The position numbers and the translations under genes were made by a program. DNA of 64,000 nucleotides from Auanema rhodensis (taxonomy: Eukaryota; Animalia; Nematoda): the NCBI GenBank assembly GCA_964057225.1, contig OZ059900.1, positions 23,932,001 through 23,996,000 on the forward strand, in the 5' to 3' direction. Of this stretch, positions 39,801-52,700 are shown in pieces (position 1 is the first letter of the stretch; each line of letters opens with the position of its first letter). The notes under the pieces are model-generated. The model saw nothing but the letters and a program-made list of their open reading frames with translations. It did no database searches and was not told where the DNA came from.

Positions 39801-42800
39801 TTTTCCAGCATAATAAAATATTTCTCATGGGAAATACTGTGTTTTTGTATTTTTCTAGTGTTCAGCATGTAAAATGCTTCATTTTAGTATGTAACACGCT
39901 GAAATTCGTTGCATTTGACGACTCATATGAACAAAAATCGATTTAATCATTATTAGCCATAAGGGGCGTGCCCTCAGAATATGCTAATTTCCTTAATTTT
40001 CTAACCCCTGTTTTTTTGTCGTGAAAGTGGAACTAGACGTTGTACGAACAATTTTGAGCTAGGTTTCATTGACATTGCATGAGTTTGAACACATGAAATC
40101 GTAAGTCAAAACCTTGTTTACAGCGAAATTTCCAAAAACTGGTTTTCCAGCATAATAAAATATTTCTCATGGGAAATACTGTGTTTTTGTATTTTTCTAG
40201 TGTTCAGCATGTAAAATGTTTCATTTTAGTATGTAACACGCTGAAATTCGTTGCATTTGACGACTCATATGAACAAAAATCGATTTAATCAATATTAGCC
40301 ATAAGGGGCGTGCCCTCAGAATATGCTAATTTCCTTAATTTTCTAACCCCTGTTTTTTTGTCGTGAAAGTGGAACTAGACGTTGTACGAACAATTTTGAG
40401 CTAGGTTTCATTGACATTGCATGAGTTTGAACACATGAAATCGTAAGTGAAAACCTTGTTTACAGCGAAATTTCCAAAAACTGGTTTTCCAGCATAATAA
40501 AATATTTCTCATGGGAAATACTGTGTTTTTGTATTTTTCTAGTGTTCAGCATGTAAAATGCTTCATTTTAGTATGTAACACGCTGAAATTCGTTGCATTT
40601 GACGACTCATATGAACAAAAATCGATTTAATCAATATTAGCTATAAGGGGCGTGCCCTCAGAATATGCTAACTTCCTTAATTTTCTAACCCCTGTTTTTT
40701 TGTCGTGAAAGTGGAACTAGACGTTGTACGAACAATTTTGAGCTAAGTTTCATTGACATTGCATGAGTTTGAACACATGAAATCGTAAGTCAAAACCTTG
40801 TTTACAGCGAAATTTCCAAAAACTGGTTTTCCAGCATAATAAAATATTTCTCATGGGAAATACTGTGTTTTTGTTTTTTTCTAGTGTTCAGCATGTAAAA
40901 TGCTTAATTTTAGTATGTAACACGCTGAAATTCGTTGCATTTGACGACTCATATGAACAAAAATCGATTTAATCAATATTAGCCATAAGGGGCGTGCCCT
41001 CAGAATATGCTAATTTCCTTAATTTTCTAACCCCTGTTTTTTTGTCGTTAAAGTGGAACTAGACGTTGTACGAACAATTTTGAGCTAGGTTTCATTGACA
41101 TTGCATGAGTTTGAACACATGAAATCGTAAGTCAAAACCTTGTTTACAGCGAAATTTCCAAAAACTGGTTTTCCAGCATAATAAAATATTTCTCATGGGA
41201 AATACTGTGTTTTTGTATTTTTCTAGTGTTCAGCATGTAAAATGCTTCATTTTAGTATGTAACACGCTGAAATTCGTTGCATTTGACGACTCATATGAAC
41301 AAAAATCGATTTAATCATTATTAGCCATAAGGGGCGTGCCCTCAGAATATGCTAATTTCCTTAATTTTCTAACCCCTGTTTTTTTGTCGTGAAAGTGGAA
41401 CTAGACGTTGTACGAACAATTTTGAGCTAGGTTTCATTGACATTGCATGAGTTTGAACACATGAAATCGTAAGTCAAAACCTTGTTTACAGCGAAATTTC
41501 CAAAAACTGGTTTTCCAGCATAATAAAATATTTCTCATGGGAAATACTGTGTTTTTGTATTTTTCTAGTGTTCAGCATGTAAAATGCTTCATTTTAGTAT
41601 GTAACACGCTGAAATTCGTTGCATTTGACGACTCATATGAACAAAAATCGATTTAATCAATATTAGCCATAAGGGGCGTGCCCTCAGAATATGCTAATTT
41701 CCTTAATTTTCTAACCCCTGTTTTTTTGTCGTGAAAGTGGAACTAGACGTTGTACGAACAATTTTGAGCTAGGTTTCATTGACATTGCATGAGTTTGAAC
41801 ACATGAAATCGTAAGTCAAAACCTTGTTTACAGCGAAATTTCCAAAAACTGGTTTTCCAGCATAATAAAATATTTTTCATGAGAAATACTGTGTTTTTGT
41901 ATTTTTCTAGTGTTCAGCATGTAAAATGCTTCATTTTAGTATGTAACACGCTGAAATTCGTTGCATTTGACGACTCATATGAACAAAAATCGAATTAATC
42001 AATATTAACCATAAGGGGCGTGCCCTCAGAATATGCTAATTTCCTTAATTTTCTAACCCCTGTTTTTTTGTCGTGAAAGTGGAACTAGACGTTGTACGAA
42101 CAATTTTGAGCTAGGTTTCATTGACATTGCATGAGTTTGAACACATGAAATCGTAAGTCAAAACCTTGTTTACAGCGAAATTTCCAAAAACTGGTTTTCC
42201 AGCATAATAAAATATTTCTCATGGGAAATACTGTGTTTTTGTATTTTTCTAGTGTTCAGCATGTAAAATGTTTCATTTTAGTATGTAACACGCTGAAATT
42301 CGTTGCATTTGACGACTCATATGAACAAAAATCGATTTAATCAATATTAGCCATAAGGGGCGTGCCCTCAGAATATGCTAATTTCCTTAATTTTCTAACC
42401 CCTGTTTTTTTGTCGTGAAAGTGGAACTAGACGTTGTACGAACAATTTTGAGCTAGGTTTCATTGACATTGCATGAGTTTGAACACATGAAATCGTAAGT
42501 CAAAACCTTGTTTACAGCGAAATTTCCAAAAACTGGTTTTCCAGCATAATAAAATATTTCTCATGGGAAATACTGTGTTTTTGTATTTTTCTAGTGTTCA
42601 GCATGTAAAATGCTTCATTTTAGTATGTAACACGCTGAAATTCGTTGCATTTGACGACTCATATGAACAAAAATCGATTTAATCAATATTAGCTATAAGG
42701 GGCGTGCCCTCAGAATATGCTAATTTCCTTAATTTTCTAACCCCTGTTTTTTTGTCGTGAAAGTGGAACTAGACGTTGTACGAACAATTTTGAGCTAAGT

Positions 42801-45200
42801 TTCATTGACATTGCATGAGTTTGAACATATGAAATCGTAAGTCAAAACCTTGTTTACAGCGAAATTTCCAAAAACTGGTTTTCCAGCATAATAAAATATT
42901 TCTCATGGGAAATACTGTGTTTTTGTATTTTTTTAGTGTTCAGCATGTAAAATGCTTCATTTTAGTATGTAACACGCTGAAATTCGTTGCATTTGACGAC
43001 TCATATGAACAAAAATCGATTTAATCAATATTAGCCATAAGGGGCGTGCCCTCAGAATATGCTAATTTCCTTAATTTTCTAACCCCTGTTTTTTTGTCGT
43101 GAAAGTGGAACTAGACGTTGTACGAACAATTTTGAGCTAGGTTTCATTGACATTGCATGAGTTTGAACACATGAAATCGTAAGTCAAAACCTTGTTTACA
43201 GCGAAATTTCCAAAAACTGGTTTTCCAGCATAATAAAATATTTCTCATGGGAAATACTGTGTTTTTGTATTTTTCTAGTGTTCAGCATGTAAAATGCTTC
43301 ATTTTAGTATGTAACACGCTGAAATTCGTTGCATTTGACGACTCATATGAACAAAAATCGATTTAATCAATATTAGCCATAAGGGGCGTGCCCTCAGAAT
43401 ATGCTAATTTCCTTAATTTTCTAACCCCTGTTTTTTTGTCGTGAAAGTGGAACTAGACGTTGTACGAACAATTTTGAGCTAGGTTTCATTGACATTGCAT
43501 GAGTTTGAACACATGAAATCGTAAGTCAAAACCTTGTTTACAGCGAAATTTCCAAAAACTGGTTTTCCAGCATAATAAAATATTTTTCATGAGAAATACT
43601 GTGTTTTTGTATTTTTCTAGTGTTCAGCATGTAAAATGCTTCATTTTAGTATGTAACACGCTGAAATTCGTTGCATTTGACGACTCATATGAACAAAAAT
43701 CGAATTAATCAATATTAGCCATAAGGGGCGTGCCCTCAGAATATGCTAATTTCCTTAATTTTCTAACCCCTGTTTTTTTGTCGTGAAAGTGGAACTAGAC
43801 GTTGTACAAACAATTTTGAGCAAGGTTTCATTGACATTGCATGAATTTGAACACATGAAATCGTAAGTCAAAACCTTGTTTACAGCGAAATTTCCAAAAT
43901 CTGGTTTTCCAGCATAATAAAATATTTCTCATGGGAAATACTGTGTTTTTGTATTTTTCTAGTGTTCAGCATGTAAAATGCTTCATTTTGGTATGTAACA
44001 CGCTGAAATTCGTTGCATTTGACGACTCATATGAACAAAAATCGATTTAATCAATATTAGCCATAAGGGGCGTGCCCTCAGAATATGCTAATTTCCTTAA
44101 TTTTCTAACCCCTGTTTTTTTGTCGTGAAAGTGGAACTAGACGTTGTACGAACAATTTTGAGCTAGGTTTCATTGACATTGCATGAGTTTGAACACATGA
44201 AATCGTAAGTCAAAACCTTGTTTACAGCGAAATTTCCAAAAACTGGTTTTCCAGCATAATAAAATATTTCTCATGGGAAATACTGTGTTTTTGTATTTTT
44301 CTAGTGTTCAGCATGTAAAATGCTTCATTTTAGTATGTAACACGCTGAAATTCGTTGCATTTGACGACTCATATGAACAAAAATCGATTTAATCAATATT
44401 AGCCATAAGGGGCGTGCCCTCAGAATATGCTAATTTCCTTAATTTTCTAACCCCTGTTTTTTTGTCGTGAAAGTGGAACTAGGCGTTGTACGAACAATTT
44501 TGAGCTAGGTTTCATTGACATTGCATGAGTTTGAACACATGAAATCGTAAGTGAAAACCTTGTTTACAGCGAAATTTCCAAAAACTGGTTTTCCAGCATA
44601 ATAAAATATTTCTCATGGGAAATACTGTGTTTTTGTATTTTTCTAGTGTTCAGCATGTAAAATGCTTCATTTTAGTATGTAACACGCTGAAATTCGTTGC
44701 ATTTGACGACTCATATGAACAAAAATCGATTTAATCAATATTAGCCATAAGGGGCGTGCCCTCAGAATATGCTAACTTCCTTAATTTTCTAACCCCTGTT
44801 TTTTTGTCGTGAAAGTGGAACTAGACGTTGTACGAACAATTTTGAGCTAGGTTTCATTGACATTGCATGAGTTTGAACACATGAAATCGTAAGTCAAAAC
44901 CTTGTTTACAGCGAAATTTCCAAAAACTGGTTTTCCAGCATAATAAAATATTTCTCATGGGAAATACTGTGTTTTTGTTTTTTTCTAGTGTTCAGCATGT
45001 AAAATGCTTAATTTTAGTATGTAACACGCTGAAATTCGTTGCATTTGACGACTCATATGAACAAAAATCGATTTAATCAATATTAGCCATAAGGGGCGTG
45101 CCCTCAGAATATGCTAATTTCCTTAATTTTCTAACCCCTGTTTTTTTGTCGTTAAAGTGGAACTAGACGTTGTACGAACAATTTTGAGCTAGGTTTCATT
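24900..45200 (-). repeat. Long-period block duplications at 26-monomer (8893 bp) and 16-monomer (5472 bp) offsets
   Basis: AGCTATAAG at 28329/37222/42694 and GAGCAAGG at 29457/38350/43822, with linked variants in the same order. Boundaries approximate. Confidence 0.88.
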
Positions 45201-46999
45201 GACATTGCATGAGTTTGAACACATGAAATCGTAAGTCAAAACCTTGTTTACAGCGAAATTTCCAAAAACTGGTTTTCCAGCATAATAAAATATTTCTCAT
45301 GGGAAATACTGTGTTTTTGTATTTTTCTAGTGTTCAGCATGTAAAATGCTTCATTTTAGTATGTAACACGCTGAAATTCGTTGCATTTGACGACTCATAT
45401 GAACAAAAATCGATTTAATCAATATTAGCCATAAGGGGCGTGCCCTCAGAATATGCTAATTTCCTTAATTTTCTAACCCCTGTTTTTTTGTCGTGAAAGT
45501 GGAACTATTCGTTGTACGAACAAATTTGAGCTAGGTTTCATTGACATTGCATGAGTTTGAACACATGAAATCGTAAGTCAAAACCTTGTTTACAGCGAAA
45601 TTTCCAAAAACTGGTTTTCCAGCATAATAAAATATTTCTCATGGGAAATACTGTGTTTTTGTTTTTTTCTAGTGTTCAGCATGTAAAATGCTTCATTTTA
45701 GTATGTAACACGCTGAAATTCGTTGCATTTGACGACTCATATGAACAAAAATCGATTTAATCAATATTAGCCATAAGGGGCGTGCCCTCAGAATATGCTA
45801 ATTTCCTTAATTTTCTAACCCCTGTTTTTTTGTCGTGAAAGTGGAACTAGACGTTGTACAAACAATTTTGAGCTAGGTTTCATTGACATTGCATGAGTTT
45901 GAACACATGAAATCGTAAGTCAAAACCTTGTTTACAGCGAAATTTCCAAAAACTGGTTTTCCAGCATAATAAAATATTTCTCATGGGAAATACTGTGTTT
46001 TTGTTTTTTTCTAGTGTTCAGCATGTAAAATGCTTAATTTTAGTATGTAACACGCTGAAATTCGTTGCATTTGACGACTCATATGAACAAAAATCGATTT
46101 AATCAATATTAGCCATAAGGGGCGTGCCCTCAGAATATGCTAATTTCCTTAATTTTCTAACCCCTGTTTTTTTGTCGTGAAAGTGGAACTAGACGTTGTA
46201 CGAACAATTTTGAGCTAGGTTTCATTGACATTGCATGAGTTTGAACACATGAAATCGTAAGTCAAAACCTTGTTTACAGCGAAATTTCCAAAAACTGGTT
46301 TTCCAGCATAATAAAATATTTCTCATGGGAAATACTGTGTTTTTGTATTTTTCTAGTGTTCAGCATGTAAAATGCTTCATTTTAGTATGTAACACGCTGA
46401 AATTCGTTGCATTTGACGACTCATATGAACAAAAATCGATTTAATCAATATTAGCCATAAGGGGCGTGCCCTCAGAATATGCTAATTTCCTTAATTTTCT
46501 AACCCCTGTTTTTTTGTCGTGAAAGTGGAACTAGACGTTGTACAAACAATTTTGAGCTAGGTTTCATTGACATTGCATGAGTTTGAACACATGAAATCGT
46601 AAGTCAAAACCTTGTTTACAGCGAAATTTCCAAAAACTGGTTTTCCAGCATAATAAAATATTTCTCATGGGAAATACTGTGTTTTTGTTTTTTTCTAGTG
46701 TTCAGCATGTAAAATGCTTAATTTTAGTATGTAACACGCTGAAATTCGTTGCATTTGACGACTCATATGAACAAAAATCGATTTAATCAATATTAGCCAT
46801 AAGGGGCGTGCCCTCAGAATATGCTAATTTCCTTAATTTTCTAACCCCTGTTTTTTTGTCGTGAAAGTGGAACTAGACGTTGTACGAACAATTTTGAGCT
46901 AGGTTTCATTGACATTGCATGAGTTTGAACACATGAAATCGTAAGTCAAAACCTTGTTTACAGCGAAATTTCCAAAAACTGGTTTTCCAGCATAATAAA

Positions 47000-49900
47000 A
47001 TATTTCTCATGGGAAATACTGTGTTTTTGTATTTTTCTAGTGTTCAGCATGTAAAATGCTTCATTTTAGTATGTAACACGCTGAAATTCGTTGCATTTGA
47101 CGACTCATATGAACAAAAATCGATTTAATCAATATTAGCCATAAGGGGCGTGCCCTCAGAATATGCTAATTTCCTTAATTTTCTAACCCCTGTTTTTTTG
47201 TCGTGAAAGTGGAACTATACGTTGTACGAACAATTTTGAGCTAGGTTTCATTGACATTGCATGAGTTTGAACACATGAAATCGTAAGTCAAAACCTTGTT
47301 TACAGCGAAATTTCCAAAAACTGGTTTTCCAGCATAATAAAATATTTTTCATGAGAAATACTGTGTTTTTGTATTTTTCTAGTGTTCAGCATGTAAAATG
47401 CTTCATTTTAGTATGTAACACGCTGAAATTCGTTGCATTTGACGACTCATATGAACAAAAATCGATTTAATCAATATTAGCCATAAGGGGCGTGCCCTCA
47501 GAATATGCTAATTTCCTTAATTTTCTAACCCCTGTTTTTTTGTCGTGAAAGTGGAACTAGACGTTGTACAAACAATTTTGAGCTAGGTTTCATTGACATT
47601 GCATGAGTTTGAACACATGAAATCGTAAGTCAAAACCTTGTTTACAGCGAAATTTCCAAAAACTGGTTTTCCAGCATAATAAAATATTTCTCATGGGAAA
47701 TACTGTGTTTTTGTATTTTTCTAGTGTTCAGCATGTAAAATGCTTCATTTTAGTATGTAACACGCTGAAATTCGTTGCATTTGACGACTCATATGAACAA
47801 AAATCGATTTAATCAATATTAGCCATAAGGGGCGTGCCCTCAGAATATGCTAATTTCCTTAATTTTCTAACCCCTGTTTTTTTGTCGTGAAAGTGGAACT
47901 ATTCGTTGTACGAACAAATTTGAGCTAGGTTTCATTGACATTGCATGAGTTTGAACACATGAAATCGTAAGTCAAAACCTTGTTTACAGCGAAATTTCCA
48001 AAAACTGGTTTTCCAGCATAATAAAATATTTCTCATGGGAAATACTGTGTTTTTGTTTTTTTCTAGTGTTCAGCATGTAAAATGCTTCATTTTAGTATGT
48101 AACACGCTGAAATTCGTTGCATTTGACGACTCATATGAACAAAAATCGATTTAATCAATATTAGCCATAAGGGGCGTGCCCTCAGAATATACTAATTTCC
48201 TTAATTTTCTAACCCCTGTTTTTTTGTCGTGAAAGTGGAACTAGACGTTGTACGAACAATTTTGAGCTAGGTTTCATTGACATTGCATGAGTTTGAACAC
48301 ATGAAATCGTAAGTCAAAACCTTGTTTACAGCGAAATTTCCAAAAACTGGTTTTCCAGCATAATAAAATATTTCTCATGGGAAATACTGTGTTTTTGTAT
48401 TTTTCTAGTGTTCAGCATGTAAAATGCTTCATTTTAGTATGTAACACGCTGAAATTCGTTGCATTTGACGACTCATATGAACCAAAATCGATTTAATCAA
48501 TATTAGCCATAAGGGGCGTGCCCTCAGAATATTCTAATTTCCTTAATTTTCTAACCCTTGTTTTTTTGTCGTGAAAGTGGAACTAGACGTTGTACGAACA
48601 ATTTTGAGCTAGGTTTCATTGACATTGCATGAGTTTGAACACATGAAATCGTAAGTCAAAACCTTGTTTACAGCGAAATTTCCAAAAACTGGTTTTCCAG
48701 CATAATAAAATATTTTTCATGAGAAATACTGTGTTTTTGTATTTTTCTAGTGTTCAGCATGTAAAATGGTTCATTTTAGTATGTAACACGCTAAAATTCG
48801 TTGCATTTGACGACTCATATGAACAAAAATCGATTTAATCAATATTAGCCATAAGGGGCGTGCCCTCAGAATATGCTAATTTCCTTAATTTTCTAACCCC
48901 TGTTTTTTTGTCGTGAAAGTGGAACTAGACGTTGTACGAACAATTTTGAGCTAGGTTTCATTGACATTGCATGAGTTTGAACACATGAAATCGTAAGTCA
49001 AAACCTTGTTTACAGCGAAATTTCCAAAAACTGGTTTTCCAGCATAATAAAATATTTCTCATGGGAAATACTGTGTTTTTGTATTTTTCTAGTGTTCAGC
49101 ATGTAAAATGCTTCATTTTAGTATGTAACACGCTGAAATTCGTTGCATTTGACGACTCATATGAACAAAAATCGATTTAATCAATATTAGCCATAAGGGG
49201 CGTGCCCTCAGAATATGCTAATTTCCTTAATTTTCTAACCCCTGTTTTTTTGTCGTGAAAGTGGAACTATACGTTGTACGAACAATTTTGAGCTAGGTTT
49301 CATTGACATTGCATGAGTTTGAACACATGAAATCGTAAGTCAAAACCTTGTTTACAGCGAAATTTCCAAAAACTGGTTTTCCAGCATAATAAAATATTTT
49401 TCATGAGAAATACTGTGTTTTTGTATTTTTCTAGTGTTCAGCATGTAAAATGCTTCATTTTAGTATGTAACACGCTGAAATTCGTTGCATTTGACGACTC
49501 ATATGAACAAAAATCGATTTAATCAATATTAGCCATAAGGGGCGTGCCCTCAGAATATGCTAATTTCCTTAATTTTCTAACCCCTGTTTTTTTGTCGTGA
49601 AAGTGGAACTAGACGTTGTACAAACAATTTTGAGCTAGGTTTCATTGACATTGCATGAGTTTGAACACATGAAATCGTAAGTCAAAACCTTGTTTACAGC
49701 GAAATTTCCAAAAACTGGTTTTCCAGCATAATAAAATATTTCTCATGGGAAATACTGTGTTTTTGTATTTTTCTAGTGTTCAGCATGTAAAATGCTTCAT
49801 TTTAGTATGTAACACGCTGAAATTCGTTGCATTTGACGACTCATATGAACAAAAATCGATTTAATCAATATTAGCCATAAGGGGCGTGCCCTCAGAATAT

Positions 49901-52700
49901 GCTAATTTCCTTAATTTTCTAACCCCTGTTTTTTTGTCGTGAAAGTGGAACTATTCGTTGTACGAACAAATTTGAGCTAGGTTTCATTGACATTGCATGA
50001 GTTTGAACACATGAAATCGTAAGTCAAAACCTTGTTTACAGCGAAATTTCCAAAAACTGGTTTTCCAGCATAATAAAATATTTCTCATGGGAAATACTGT
50101 GTTTTTGTTTTTTTCTAGTGTTCAGCATGTAAAATGCTTCATTTTAGTATGTAACACGCTGAAATTCGTTGCATTTGACGACTCATATGAACAAAAATCG
50201 ATTTAATCAATATTAGCCATAAGGGGCGTGCCCTCAGAATATACTAATTTCCTTAATTTTCTAACCCCTGTTTTTTTGTCGTGAAAGTGGAACTAGACGT
50301 TGTACGAACAATTTTGAGCTAGGTTTCATCGACATTGCATGAGTTTGAACACATGAAATCGTAAGTCAAAACCTTGTTTACAGCGAAATTTCCAAAAACT
50401 GGTTTTCCAGCATAATAAAATATTTCTCATGGGAAATACTGTGTTTTTGTATTTTTCTAGTGTTCAGCATGTAAAATGCTTCATTTTAGTATGTAACACG
50501 CTGAAATTCGTTGCATTTGACGACTCATATGAACCAAAATCGATTTAATCAATATTAGCCATAAGGGGCGTGCCCTCAGAATATTCTAATTTCCTTAATT
50601 TTCTAACCCTTGTTTTTTTGTCGTGAAAGTGGAACTAGACGTTGTACGAACAATTTTGAGCTAGGTTTCATTGACATTGCATGAGTTTGAACACATGAAA
50701 TCGTAAGTCAAAACCTTGTTTACAGCGAAATTTCCAAAAACTGGTTTTCCAGCATAATAAAATATTTTTCATGAGAAATACTGTGTTTTTGTATTTTTCT
50801 AGTGTTCAGCATGTAAAATGGTTCATTTTAGTATGTAACACGCTAAAATTCGTTGCATTTGACGACTCATATGAACAAAAATCGATTTAATCAATATTAG
50901 CCATAAGGGGCGTGCCCTCAGAATATGCTAATTTCCTTAATTTTCTAACCCCTGTTTTTTTGTCGTGAAAGTGGAACTAGACGTTGTACGAACAATTTTG
51001 AGCTAGGTTTCATTGACATTGCATGAGTTTGAACACATGAAATCGTAAGTCAAAACCTTGTTTACAGCGAAATTTCCAAAAACTGGTTTTCCAGCATAAT
51101 AAAATATTTCTCATGGGAAATACTGTGTTTTTGTATTTTTCTAGTGTTCAGCATGTAAAATGCTTCATTTTAGTATGTAACACGCTGAAATTCGTTGCAT
51201 TTGACGACTCATATGAACAAAAATCGATTTAATCAATATTAGCCATAAGGGGCGTGCCCTCAGAATATGCTAATTTCCTTAATTTTCTAACCCTTGTTTT
51301 TTTGTCGTGAAAGTGGAACTAGACGTTGTACGAACAAATTTGAGCTAGGTTTCATTGACATTGCATGAGTTTGAACACATGAAATCGTAAGTCAAAACCT
51401 TGTTTACAGCGAAATTTCCAAAAACTGGTTTTCCAGCATAATAAAATATTTCTCATGGGAAATACTGTGTTTTTGTATTTTTCTAGTGTTCAGCATGTAA
51501 AATGCTTCATTTTAGTATGTAACACGCTGAAATTCGTTGCATTTGACGACTCATATGAACAAAAATCGATTTAATCAATATTAGCCATAAGGGGCGTGCC
51601 CTCAGAATATACTAATTTCCTTAATTTTCTAACCCCTGTTTTTTTGTCGTGAAAGTGGAACTAGACGTTGTACGAACAATTTTGAGCTAGGTTTCATTGA
51701 CATTGCATGAGTTTGAACACATGAAATCGTAAGTCAAAACCTTGTTTACAGCGAAATTTCCAAAAACTGGTTTTCCAGCATAATAAAATATTTCTCATGG
51801 GAAATACTGTGTTTTTGTATTTTTCTAGTGTTCAGCATGTAAAATGCTTCATTTTAGTATGTAACACGCTGAAATTCGTTGCATTTGACGACTCATATGA
51901 ACCAAAATCGATTTAATCAATATTAGCCATAAGGGGCGTGCCCTCAGAATATTCTAATTTCCTTAATTTTCTAACCCTTGTTTTTTTGTCGTGAAAGTGG
52001 AACTAGACGTTGTACGAACAATTTTGAGCTAGGTTTCATTGACATTGCATGAGTTTGAACACATGAAATCGTAAGTCAAAACCTTGTTTACAGCGAAATT
52101 TCCAAAAACTGGTTTTCCAGCATAATAAAATATTTTTCATGAGAAATACTGTGTTTTTGTATTTTTCTAGTGTTCAGCATGTAAAATGGTTCATTTTAGT
52201 ATGTAACACGCTAAAATTCGTTGCATTTGACGACTCATATGAACAAAAATCGATTTAATCAATATTAGCCATAAGGGGCGTGCCCTCAGAATATGCTAAT
52301 TTCCTTAATTTTCTAACCCCTGTTTTTTTGTCGTGAAAGTGGAACTAGACGTTGTACGAACAATTTTGAGCTAGGTTTCATTGACATTGCATGAGTTTGA
52401 ACACATGAAATCGTAAGTCAAAACCTTGTTTACAGCGAAATTTCCAAAAACTGGTTTTCCAGCATAATAAAATATTTCTCATGGGAAATACTGTGTTTTT
52501 GTATTTTTCTAGTGTTCAGCATGTAAAATGCTTCATTTTAGTATGTAACACGCTGAAATTCGTTGCATTTGACGACTCATATGAACAAAAATCGATTTAA
52601 TCAATATTAGCCATAAGGGGCGTGCCCTCAGAATATGCTAATTTCCTTAATTTTCTAACCCTTGTTTTTTTGTCGTGAAAGTGGAACTAGACGTTGTACG
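47000..52700 (-). repeat. 6-monomer (2052 bp) duplication followed by a 4-monomer (1368 bp) partial copy
   Basis: ACTATACG at 47218/49270, ACTATTCG at ~47902/49954, AATATTCT at 48533/50585/51953, GCTAAAATT at 48793/50845/52213. Confidence 0.88.
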
